Below, in pieces: positions 23,198 to 33,911 of a stretch of DNA of 41,172 bases. The stretch is from Neophaeotheca triangularis (lineage: Eukaryota). The notes beneath the pieces are model-generated. The model made no database searches. It worked only from the letters and a program-made list of their open reading frames with translations, and was not told the DNA's origin. The number at the start of each line of letters is the position of its first letter. Positions within the stretch are counted from its first letter, which is position 1. The stretch spans positions 1 to 41,172 of the forward strand of contig BAAIJX010000102.1 of the NCBI GenBank assembly GCA_054600435.1, read 5' to 3'. The position numbers and the translations under genes were made by a program.

Positions 23198-24566
23198 CTA
23201 CCGCGCCCCAAGCTTCTCCAACGCCCGACTCCCCTGTTCCTGCCACTCCTGCTTCGAAATCCACATATTCTCCTTATCGGCCATGATATTCGCGAGCACC
23301 GCGCCACCGAGGAAAACCATATGTCTCCTCCTCGGTGGGTCCTCGATGCGCACCTTGAACTTGCTCAACCGCTCCGGGTCGCCCTTGAGAACTTTCGTCA
23401 ACCACAACTGCTTGATTTCCTTTTCCAGCCGGCTCGGTAGGCCCGGGTACATGCTGCTGCCGCCCGAGAGGACAATGGCTTTGTAGAGCGAGGAACGCAC
23501 GTCCACGTCCGCGGCTTGGATCGTGTTGAAGAGGAACTCGGCGATGCCTGGTTGTTCCACGTCGACGAGGTGGGGTTGGAAGAGGCATTCGGGCGCTTCG
23601 AAGCGTTCGCTTCCGACGCGGATGACGCGGCCGTCTGGGAGGGTGTAGGATTCTACTAGCGTTGTTGTGTCTTCGCTCAGGCGCTGGTCAAGTGCGAGGT
23701 CGTAGGAGACGTAGCAGAGTTTCTCCTTGATGGCGCGTACGGTTTCGAAGTCGGCGGTACGGTTGAGAGCGTAACCGCGGCGGAGGAGGAGGCCGATGAG
23801 GTTGCGGGTGACGTCGCGGCCAGCTACGTCGAGGCGGCGCGTGAGGTGGTTGAGGACGGTGGATTCGTAGACAGGGACAATGTGGGTTACGCCGTCGCCG
23901 GAGTCGACCACCACGCCGGAGGAGAGACCTTGCGCGTAGAGGGCAAGCACGGCTTGGATCGCTACGTAGACGCCGCCGAAGTTGTAGCGTTCGAACATGA
24001 CTTCGCACATTTGCTCGCGGTTCTTGAGGGGGTTCATGGGGGGCTCGGTGAGGAGGATTTTGCGGCCGGACGGGTCGAGGTTCATCTTTTCGAAGAAGGT
24101 GTAGTCCCAGAGGTGTTGCATGTCGTCCCATCGCTTGACTATGCCGTTCTCCATCTGTGATGTCGCGTTGTCAGCTCCGGATGTGCCCTCTCTCCACAGT
24201 CCTTGCCGTGTTGCCTACCGGGTATGTGATTTGTAGCATTGATCTCGCCGCTGCCGCCTCGTCACCGCACATTATGTCTTTCAGCTTCACATCGCCAGAG
24301 GTCTGCTCTTCCGTTCGTAGTATGGGTCGGCCAATGATGGATGGGTACTGGTGGTCGGGGAAGTTCTACGGGTGGGAGTGTAAGTTTCGCATTCTCGGTC
24401 TGATTGATGCTGCCGTCCGGATCGTACCTGACCGGCATAGCCAGCCTTGAGGAAACCTGTTCCTCCATCGAGGACTAGATGGCTGTTAGCTTGGGTGGGT
24501 GTTTCGCGGCGGCCTGGATGGATGGTATAGAACGGGCATCATCATACCAATGGGTGCCTCTGCCAT
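23198..24566 (-). CDS. ARP2: Actin-related protein 2 (Arp2/3 complex), 389 aa; exons 24566-24548, 24474-24428, 24365-24219, 24154-23198
   Basis: Spliced start [39 protein letters not shown]. Motifs [40 protein letters not shown] and [19 protein letters not shown] match Arp2. Three GT-AG introns of 73, 62 and 64 bp. Confidence 0.97.
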
Positions 24567-25766
24567 GATTGGGGTTGTTAAAGGCCGGGGAGTCAGAGGG
24601 ATCAAGTATGTGCCGCGGATAAGTGACTGTCACAAAGGCAAGATAGCTCGCGAATAGCTGCGCCTAATGGAGAAGGCATGCATGTGGGGTCGGTGGAGGG
24701 AAGTATACGACGTCGCTCATGAGTGAGCCGCGCTAGTTGCCGGCTGCTCCCGAAATGCTAGGATGAGGTGAGCTCGAGCAGACCTCATCCCGATATTGAC
24801 CTCGCTTTATCCTTAGCTACGCCAGAGACGTGACCTCCATGAAATGGCGATGTCTTCGCGAAAGTTTTGAGAACGACCATATACCATCAACGAGTCTAGT
24901 CGCTGGCGAATGCGCTATACCGCTTTCCTTCGCAATCCAATTTCAACATGTCTCCGGCTACCGCGCCCACAATTACCGTCCTGAGGTTCGTCGAGGCGCT
25001 TCTAACAAAATGACGCAGTATACGGGATGGCGGGACGATCCTATCAGTTCTCATTAGTGTACTCGTTGCGGCCATCTTCAACAGATGTCGCTCTAGAGCG
25101 ACCTTGAAAGACGCGCAAAGCGAACAAATGCTCGGTTTTGCAACATTCTTCACTCGCTGCAAACCAGTCGCCCACCCACGTATTCTCGGAGCCGGACGAA
25201 TCTCGATCAGGAGGCCTTTTGTCAATGTCGCAAACTTATGTCCCGGTTTACTCGTCCTTCTCGCTCCAACCGACATTGCTACTACCGCCGTCCCAAACAG
25301 AAACCTTTCACTAGCAATGCATTTCCAGCACCCACTGTCCGGCATGGTCGATCAGGGACCACAATCTGCAAGAGCCTCGAGCTAGCAGTTTCGAAAAGGC
25401 CGATCTACTGCTTTCTTTGCCAATCTGGTAGTCTATCCACTACAGGTAGGGGCCTGAAGGGCGAACGAAGAAGAATCATGCCTGGGGACACAATCACGCG
25501 CACGGAAGTGTGAAGAGCAGCAGTGAGTATTGATGGCGAGAGACCCGGCATAGGTGCGAGGTTGCACGTGCATGAAGACGCCGAGGGAAAGGTGGCGTCG
25601 CTGATCGGATGGGTCAAAAATAAAGGCATTGCTGCCTCAGGCCCGGTGTGAAGTCGTTTACTGCTTGTCGAAGCGATGGAAACGAATGTTTGATGAGGCT
25701 AGCAGTCTTATGCAGCTAACTGTAAGGAATTTACATTAGACCCCTCGCGGCGATGCATGATGCGCA

Positions 25767-27319
25767 TCACTTGCGATCAATCAGATGTTCAAACGCGTTT
25801 CTGAGGACCTCTGTGCTCTTTTTTGGATAGCGCGTTTTCTGCTCACTCTCGAAGTCCACCCAAGTACTTCCAAATCTATCTTCGAATCCTGCAGCCCACT
25901 GAAACAATACAGCGTCAGTATCCAGGAACGACGATTCTCGCTTGTCACTAGCTCACTTACCTCCCAATTGTCAGTAAAAGTCCAGGCAAAGTAGCTCCGC
26001 ACGTCGACGCCATCCTCTTTGACAGCCCGAGCGATGCTTTCCAGATACCCATTAAAGAAATCGATGCGGTGATGATCCTCGATCATGCCATCCGGCGGCG
26101 TCTTGAGATCTTCCCCTGGAGCAGTGGTCCCGTTCTCGGTGATATAGATCGGCATCTTATAGCGCCCATAGATCCAACTCAACAGCTTCCTAAACCCCCA
26201 AGGACAAGACGCCAGCCAATAAGTCGGAGCTTCCGGACCACGAGATTCGCCCTTGCTGTTGGTCGTGAGCTTTTCGACGTTGCCGGAATGGTCGTTGATG
26301 TCCGCCGGCTCTTCGCAGTGCTTGATGTAGAAGCTGGTGTAGCTGTTCATACCGTAGAAATCCGAGCTGCCCAATACAAGTCTGCTTTCCTCTTTCGTGA
26401 AGCGTGGCAGACGGTCTCCAAGCTGCGCACGCATGGAAGCGGGATAGTCGCCTGTCCTGTAGAGTGGGTCTGCGAACCATGCGATCTCGAATTCCCGAGC
26501 CCGCTCTGCAGCCGCTTGATCGAGGTCGGAGGTTTCATCCCAAGGCTCGCTCCAATTGCCGTGGAGGGTGATGCCAATGCTGCCGTTCTGCTGCGGCTTG
26601 AACTCCTCACGGTACATCTTTGCCACATGGGCATGGGATATGAGCTCCGTATGGCCTACAATGAAAGGCTCAGTGCTGGAGTCTCCTTCCTCGTTGAACG
26701 AGCCATGTTTGTTGTCTTCTCGGAACGAGCTTCGTGCGGGAGCATGGACACCTGCGGCGTATCCTGCCAACGAGAAGACTCCCGGTTCATTGTAGGTGAT
26801 CCAATGTTTGACGCGGTCGCCGAGGCGTTCAAAACAGACTCGGGCGTATCGGACAAAGTCTGGCGTGAATTTTTCGCAGTCGAGGAAGCTCTTGTAGCGG
26901 TCTTCTAGCGCTTGAGGCGTGTCCCAGTGGAAAAGAGTGACAAAAGGTGTAATGCCGTTGGCAAGTAATTCGTCGATGAAGTCGGAGTAAAATTGAATGC
27001 CTTTTTCGTTGAGCGGGTCGTCTTTGCCTCCCAAGGGGATGATGCGTGACCAGCTGAGACTGAATCGGTACGCCGTAACTCCTAGACCTTTGAGAAGTCG
27101 AACGTCCTCTCGAAAGAAATCGTAGGAGCGGACAGTTTGGGAGGGATCACTTCCGTCCTTGATCTTGCCTGGCATTTCGGCAAGAGCATCCCAGATGGAC
27201 GGTCCTTTGCCGTCGACGAGAGCTGCACCCTCACATTGTGCTGCTGCGGTTGCGTAGCCCCAATGGAAATCAGATCGAAGCGATCCCCGAAGGTCGTTGA
27301 GATTGGCCGCCACGGACAT
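25767..27319 (-). CDS. Glycoside hydrolase family 1 (beta-glucosidase/beta-galactosidase type), intracellular, 496 aa; exons 27319-25961 and 25898-25767
   Basis: Motifs FHWGYATAAAQCEG, AYRFSLSWSRI, TLFHWD, acid/base TYNEP and nucleophile ITENG. Intron 25899-25960 restores DNWEWAAGFEDRFG...RYPKKS. No signal peptide. Confidence 0.95.
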
Positions 27320-27400
27320 CTTGCACAGGTAGATGCGCTGAAAAAAGGTAGCACCAAGCACATTGTGTGGCAGGTAGCTCTCATATCGTCGCTAGTCGCA

Positions 27401-27459
27401 TTTAACCGGGTGATCTCGTACGGCGAAAGTCCCTCTGCTTACCCGTGTAGCTTACCCGT
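27401..27459 (-). promoter_or_regulatory. Three CGG-N-TAA motifs upstream of GH1 (candidate Zn2Cys6, XlnR/AraR-type sites)
   Basis: On the minus strand: CGGTTAAA (27401-27408) and CGGGTAAG twice (27438-27445, 27451-27458, within a perfect 10-bp direct repeat GCTTACCCGT). All lie 80-140 bp upstream of the GH1 ATG. Confidence 0.45.
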
Positions 27460-27806
27460 TCAGGGAAACTGAACTTGCGTGCCTGAGCAGTCTTGGCTCT
27501 AGGTGCCCACTTCCCGGTAGTGCTTTATCGTGCATATTCACGCTAGACCACGAGCACATGACCGTGTGCTACCGCGCCGCGGTTTTGCTATTCCTAGAAA
27601 AGCGAGTGGCATTTGCGGAAATAGTCCGCGCTGAGGAGAAAGGAAGCAATGGCCTACGAACCCTGATATGTTCCGAAAAGAGAAATTGAGCAAGTCCATC
27701 ATAGACACACCCAGATAACCTGGGTCTTTAGAAACGAACGTCTCGCTACTGCCGTTAGCTAAAGAGCACATCGTAGACTCTTCATTCCAGCACCCCTTCT
27801 CACTAA

Positions 27807-29773
27807 TCAAGAGACGCTCGTCTCGGGGGCAGCATTTGTCGCGGCACGAGCCTTCTTTCCCTTGATCCCGAAAAAGCTGAATCCGCGGCCAAACAGCCCC
27901 TGAGCTTGCATTCTCTTGACCTCCTGGATTTGCTTCGACATTTTGACCGGGTGTACTCCATCCGTCTCGAAGACGGCATCCACCTCTTCTAACGAAAGAC
28001 CGTATGTTTCCGGGAAGAGGAAGTAGGCCGCTACAAGTTGCAGGCAGTTGTATACGATGTATACGACCCAGATCTTGTAGCCGAGCCTGTTGATGCCTAC
28101 GGAGATGCCGTAGCTTTGGACAGTCCCTGCGGCGCCCTGTATCATACCCTACGGGAATGTCAGCTCATCAACATTAACGCTGCAAGAGACCTAGACTTAC
28201 GTAAAGACCCATGCCACGAGCGCGCAGTGTCAAAGAAAGTATTTCCACCGGGTAAAGGTTGTGCATGGTTGCAATGAATGTCGAGGAGAGTACTTGGAAC
28301 AGAAATATCCAGAGCACGGTCAATGCAGCGGTCGCTTCGGAAGGATTGATATCGTATTGCCAGGAGGTGATGGTGGCCAAAAATTGCATAATGATGACGG
28401 AGACAAGGCCTGCAAAGATCAGAGTGCGCCGCTTAAATTTGTCGATAATATATGAGCCGAACAAGGTGAATACGAAATACACTCCGGTGGTGCCTGTAGC
28501 AGTCAGCTCAAAGTCCAGGACACGGTCGCTGATGAGGAATCTGAATCACCTATATTAATGCCGAGTTGTCGAGGGGCATCATCGATGCCGACGGTCTCGA
28601 GCGCTGGCACGAGGAAGGTTCCGATGATTCCGCCGCCATTCCACTGCTGGAATACCGAGTAAAGTATAAGCACCATGAAGCGATATCGAACTACCTTGGT
28701 GAAAAAGGTGCGGTAGTCCCAGAATTTTCGGAATCTAAAAGACGTCAGTAAAGTTTTAGACGACATAGAAAGCATTCGTCATCACCTGTCTGCCTTCTCA
28801 GCTTCAAGCGATTCCTCAATCTGGCGAACCATGACTCCGACTAATGGCTCGTTGATGTCGCCGGAATTGGTCATGACTTGTGCGATCACTCTCCTGGCCT
28901 TGTCGTACTTGTTCTTCATGATCAAGTATCTGGGACTTTCTGGACACCACCAGTAGAGTAGCGTGCAGACGATAGCCGGGAACAAGCACTCCAAAAGCAA
29001 CGGTATCCGCCAAGACCAATCGTTGTTGAGTTCGTTAAACTTGAACATGACGCCGAGGAAGACGACGGAGCCGACCTGGAAGCAGGCGCCGAAGATACCA
29101 ACAAGCCGACCACGCCAGTGCATGGGAGAGATCTCTGCCATATACTGCGAACTGCTCATCATGCCAGATCCGAAGCCAAGCAAGAATCTTCCAGCCATGA
29201 AGACTTGGAGGTTCGTCGACAGTCCCTGCATGAGTCCCGCGACAATCACGAGGACGTTCCCGATGAAGTTCACGGAACGACGGCCGATGATGTCTTGCAG
29301 AGCGAGGAAGTAGCTTCCACAAAAGTTGCCGATGGTCATTAGGGCCGTGATAATTCCGAATGTACTGCCGGAGGTTCCGAATCCAAAGTAATCGTGCCAT
29401 TCCGTAATAGCGTTGATACCAGATATGACGGCCCAGTCGACGCCGTACTATTGGCCGTTATATTAAGCTATGATTTATCGTAGGTGACATTTGAGAACTA
29501 CTTACGCCCGCTTGGTTGCAACCCATAACAAACATGATCTAGATAATAACGGTAAGCAGCGATTGGGTTTCAAGCACAGCTCAGAACTCTTACCATCGTA
29601 ATCTTCCAAGCTGCTCGACCCTTGAACTTGAGCGAATCTTCAGACAAGCGGAAGATGTCCTGCTCGGTGAGCCTCGAGACAACCACCTCTTCATTGTGCA
29701 CATCGATTTTCTGCTTCTCATCGCCGTCGCTGGCTACGGAAGTAGCCCTCTCGGATACATCTTTGGGGGCCAT
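27807..29773 (-). CDS. MFS sugar porter (lactose permease/cellodextrin transporter-like), 564 aa; exons 29773-29594, 29538-29506, 29447-28786, 28734-28550, 28493-28201, 28148-27807
   Basis: Sugar-porter motifs DIIGRR, GRFLLGFG, YMAEISPMHWRG, PESPRYL, QQWNG, YPVEIL and PETYGLSLEE. Five GT-AG introns of 51-58 bp give a continuous 1695-nt frame. Confidence 0.93.
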
Positions 29774-30738
29774 GGTGGAGTTTGGACGCTGGGCCTTGAA
29801 GTGAGATAGCTCTCAAAACTCCAGGCTAGCGGATCAGACTCATTATATCTCTACTTACCCCGACTTTCTATATGGTCATTAGGCTGATGTGCCTCGTGGT
29901 TCAAGGCTGTTCGAGAACGCCACTGCATTTGGACAATGGGGGTGCTCGCAGTACCAGCGCCAGTCGCGTGAGCCATTGCACAGTACTCCCAGGATACTGG
30001 GTCGCTTACCCCATGGGGCTCCACCTCGGCTCCTTCTAGACCACGCAGGGCAAAGAGAGGCGTACGTGCCTGGGTGGGGGATGCACCGGGTGCAGTGGGC
30101 GCTGTGCTTCTGGGCCGTGGGACGTAAATCATTCGATTCAATGCCCAACGCGAAGCGTATGTCTGGCGCCGAAAAGCTCATCGAAGCGGTGTCTTGTGAC
30201 TGCGCGCATGCTCGTCTATCGGCCAAGAGGTGGAGGAGGATTGCGAGCGGCATTGGCGCTGCGCTGGGACTGGTGGGATACCTTGGGAGTCGCTGTTTAG
30301 CAGCGGCTTTGCGCTTCAAGGATTGGGCACTCGAATCCCTGGTGCAGTGGCTTTGATATGCTTGTATACTGCGTCCATGGAGTTGTGGGGTTCTGAAAGA
30401 GTGAGGTGAAGTCGCCTGACTGTTGCCCCACATTTTCCGCCAATCAAGTCGTTGCAGCAACTCCCTTTATCAACTCTTTCTAAGAGTTCCATGGGAAGTG
30501 GTGCGAACACGATCATTGATTGGAGACGAATCGAGAGCGGAGAAATTGCTCACAGTCTAACAGACGACCACGATACTAGCAGTGCTGTTCAAGATTTTCA
30601 AACCCGAGTTGTCTGATCGTCTTTTTGAAGCACCTAAAGCTGCAATTCTCTCAAGGCCAACGACTAAAGACATTCTTGTGTGAGCGCTTGACCTCCGCCA
30701 AGTGGCTCACGATCAACCGGACGTGAGCAAAAGATGCT
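29774..30738. promoter_or_regulatory. Divergent promoter region shared by the sugar porter (-) and GH95 (+)
   Basis: 965-bp head-to-head spacer. Contains CTTACCCC at 29854 and 30005 (same CTTACCC core as upstream of GH1), GGCTAG at 29824, GGCTGA at 29882, and several SYGGRG hexamers. Confidence 0.55.
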
Positions 30739-33150
30739 ATGGCAACAATCACGTGCCGCGAGTGTCCTGGAGAACTATGGTACAATCAGCCAGCAAGCAC
30801 ATGGAACGAAGCACTGCCAATCGGCAACGGCCGACTCGGGGCCATGGTCTACGGCCGCACGCACACCGAGCTTCTTCAACTAAACGAGGACTCCGTCTAC
30901 TATGGCGGCAAGCAAGATAGAGTGCCCTACGGCGCCCACAATCACCTACCGAGACTTCGGCAACTGATCAGGAACGGCGAGCACGCCAAGGCCGAGGAAC
31001 TGGTCAACCTCGCCTTCATCCCGAATCCAAGCGCACAGAGGCATTATGAGCCTCTCGCGACGGTGAAGGTTGAGTTTGATCATGATGAGAGCGCTGTTAC
31101 CGAGTATAGAAGATCTTTGGACTTGGTGAGGGGGGTTGCGGTGACCAGTTTCCAGTGCGACGGCGTCGAGTGGAAGCGGGAAACGCTTGCCAGCTATCCG
31201 GACGATGTTGTCGTGGTTTCTGTAACGACCAGCGTGCGTTCGCGTTACGTCGTTAGAGTTTCGCGATTCGGAGAGGTGGAGTACGATACTAACGAGTTCT
31301 TCGATCGAATGGAGCAAGCAGGCGACGGCGTTTTGGTGATGGAGTTTGCAACTGGTGGCATACAGGGTATCCATGCTAGCTGCGCGGTGGCGGCCTTTTG
31401 CGATGACGATGGTTCCGTCGAGGTTGTAGGGAACAATATCGTTGTCGAGTCTGCTTCCTCGTACCTGATAATTACCGGCCAGACAAGCTTCCGCCGAATT
31501 GACCCTACAGCTGCTGTGCTGGACGATATCGCTCGCGCTCGCAAAGGGGCTAAGAAACTCCTCGGTGAGCATCTGGTCGACAGGAATGGTGTCCTCGAGG
31601 ATAGTGCACAGCTTGTACTCAGTGACGACAGTGGTCCTGGTGACCTACCAACCGATTTCAGGCTACAAGCAGGTTCTGCTCCAGAACTTGTCCAACTGTA
31701 CCATGACTTTGGTAAACATTTGATCATCTCATCATCCCGCAATGTCGGCGTCCAACCTGATCTCTCACTCCCCTCCAATCTTCAAGGCCTCTGGAACCCA
31801 AGCTTTTCTCCACCGTGGGGATGTAGATACACCATCAACATCAACACGCAAATGAACTACTGGCCGTGCCACATCTGGGGCCTGACAAGCCACTCCGATC
31901 CGCTATTCTTTTTGCTCGAACGTATGGCAGAGCGAGGCCAGGTGACAGCCAAGCAGATGTACGGCTCGCAAAGGAAAGGCGCATGGTGCGCGCATCACAA
32001 CACAGATCCCTGGGCGGATACCAATCCTGTCGATCGCTGGATGCCGAGTACCTTGTGGCCACTCGGCGGTGCCTGGCTATGTCTGCACATCTGGGAGCGT
32101 TATCTATTCGAAGGAGCAGAAGATCAGCTTTGCGGCAAACCGTTTTTGCAAAGAATGCTTCCGGTCTTGGAAGGCGCCGTGAAGTTTCTCTTGGACTTTC
32201 TAGTAGAAGACGAAGAAGGCCGCCATCTCGTCACCTCTCCTAGCTTGAGTCCTGAAAACAGCTACTGGCAGCTCGGCTCTGCTGGCGTGATGGTCAAAGG
32301 TACTTTCTGTGAAGGCTCGACTATGGACATTCAGATCATCTCGGCACTTTTTCTCGCCTACCTCGACATTGCTTCAATTGCCGCCATCTACCACGACCCA
32401 GAAGTACTTTCCGAAGTCTCCTACGCGCGTCCTCGCTTACCGCCACTGAAAATAGGTCCGGATGGGCGCCTTCAAGAATGGCGGCACCCTTACGAAGAAG
32501 TCGAGCCAGGTCATCGCCATTTCTCTCACCTGTTTGGCCTGTACCCCGGCACAAGCATCACTCCAGCTGCTACGCCCCAGCTCGCTGAAGCTTGCCGAAA
32601 AACCCTTGCCCATCGCCTTGCTCACGGCGGTGCGCACACAGGATGGTCAAGAGCGTGGCTCATCTGTCTATACGCTCGTCTACACGAGGGTGAAGAGTGC
32701 TTGAAACACCTAGGACTGTTGCTAGAGGATAGCACTCTCCCCAATCTCTTCGACAGTCATCCGCCGATGCAGATAGATGGCAATTTCGGCGGGTGCGCAG
32801 GGATTTTGGAGATGCTGATTCAAAGTCATGAAGTCAACAATGATGCTGGTTTTGGAAACTGCCGCATTGTGCGCCTTTTGCCTGCTTGTCCAAAAGTGTG
32901 GCTCGAAGCCGGTGGTTCACTCAAAAGGGTGAGAGCCAGGGGTGGCCTGGTAGTGAGTTTCTCGTGGCAAGGGGGCAAGCTGCTCGACCACGTGGTGATT
33001 AGAAGCCAGGGGCGAGAACGCTTCACGGTGAAGATGTTGGACGGTCAAGAGATTCCAGTTCCCTGTCAGTACGCCACATGGAGTATCCGGCCAGGTACCA
33101 ACTTGACGATGGAGCCACGAGTTGAACTTCTCGATACCACGGTATGGTGA
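30739..33150 (+). CDS. Glycoside hydrolase family 95 alpha-1,2-L-fucosidase (or alpha-L-galactosidase), intracellular, 803 aa, intronless
   Basis: Motifs [72 protein letters not shown] and QIDGNFG. No signal peptide. Confidence 0.95.
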   Translation: MATITCRECPGELWYNQPASTWNEALPIGNGRLGAMVYGRTHTELLQLNEDSVYYGGKQDRVPYGAHNHLPRLRQLIRNGEHAKAEELVNLAFIPNPSAQRHYEPLATVKVEFDHDESAVTEYRRSLDLVRGVAVTSFQCDGVEWKRETLASYPDDVVVVSVTTSVRSRYVVRVSRFGEVEYDTNEFFDRMEQAGDGVLVMEFATGGIQGIHASCAVAAFCDDDGSVEVVGNNIVVESASSYLIITGQTSFRRIDPTAAVLDDIARARKGAKKLLGEHLVDRNGVLEDSAQLVLSDDSGPGDLPTDFRLQAGSAPELVQLYHDFGKHLIISSSRNVGVQPDLSLPSNLQGLWNPSFSPPWGCRYTININTQMNYWPCHIWGLTSHSDPLFFLLERMAERGQVTAKQMYGSQRKGAWCAHHNTDPWADTNPVDRWMPSTLWPLGGAWLCLHIWERYLFEGAEDQLCGKPFLQRMLPVLEGAVKFLLDFLVEDEEGRHLVTSPSLSPENSYWQLGSAGVMVKGTFCEGSTMDIQIISALFLAYLDIASIAAIYHDPEVLSEVSYARPRLPPLKIGPDGRLQEWRHPYEEVEPGHRHFSHLFGLYPGTSITPAATPQLAEACRKTLAHRLAHGGAHTGWSRAWLICLYARLHEGEECLKHLGLLLEDSTLPNLFDSHPPMQIDGNFGGCAGILEMLIQSHEVNNDAGFGNCRIVRLLPACPKVWLEAGGSLKRVRARGGLVVSFSWQGGKLLDHVVIRSQGRERFTVKMLDGQEIPVPCQYATWSIRPGTNLTMEPRVELLDTTVW

Positions 33151-33911
33151 CCGTAGAGGCATGGATCGAGCCGTGAGCGGTAAGCGAGGCAGCATCGCGG
33201 CCATTGCCAAGATTGACTCGTGATATAGGGTTGTTGGAAGAATGTGGTATCCCAGGACTTCTGCGCGGATGCTTGGATCTCGTTCTTTGGAGATGCTGTG
33301 CTTGTTCAGCACCTCCAAAGTCGAACTTCGCAGATTCCAATGCCATTGACGGGACGGCTTTGCTCCGTAAATCAATGGCGCTATGCCATTGTTGTGAAGC
33401 AAGCCTAGTATGCCGTCTAGGTGCATACCTCTGTAATACCCAGGTAGGTAGCTTGTCGTCGTCGACCTTGTGCCTACGCAAAGATAGAACTGCGGCTAGT
33501 CTTTTGTATCGCTATCCATGGATTCGTATTCTTGGCAAAGTAGTAGCTGGTGCCAGCCGCGATATTCCCGCGAATGACATCTCCCCCCTCGGCTCTGCCA
33601 AACTCTGTTCCCACGGGTGCTCAGTATCTCAAGTTGATTTTGGATTTTCCACCTGTCGGTACCTACAGTAGGTAGTAGTTATTCTTATTATTACCCGCGA
33701 ATTGGGGAGGTCTTGGTGCTTCTTGTAGAAAATTCCGATTTGCATCCCGGCCACATGATGACCGCTTGCGGCCGCTTCTTCGTCCTTTCCTTGTGGCAGT
33801 TCCATGGCCGTGTCGGTTGCTCTTCGTCCTTCCTAAAGAAGCCTGGGGTAGAAGGTTGAATCGTAGGTGGTTTGCAAAAGCCCTTACTTTTAACAATACG
33901 AGCCTTTCCCA

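Noticed and set aside
24700..25700. Possible small spliced gene divergent from ARP2
   Set aside because: Intron-like signals exist, but joined products are unrecognisable or need an implausibly short intron of about 33 bp.
29774..30738. About nine SYGGRG (CreA-type) hexamers in the transporter/GH95 spacer
   Set aside because: A rough estimate gives about five by chance at this GC content, so enrichment is unconvincing alone.
33023..33900. 150-170-aa ORFs on both strands between GH95 and ASST
   Set aside because: No domains; some overlap the GH95 3' end in antisense and most lack an ATG start.
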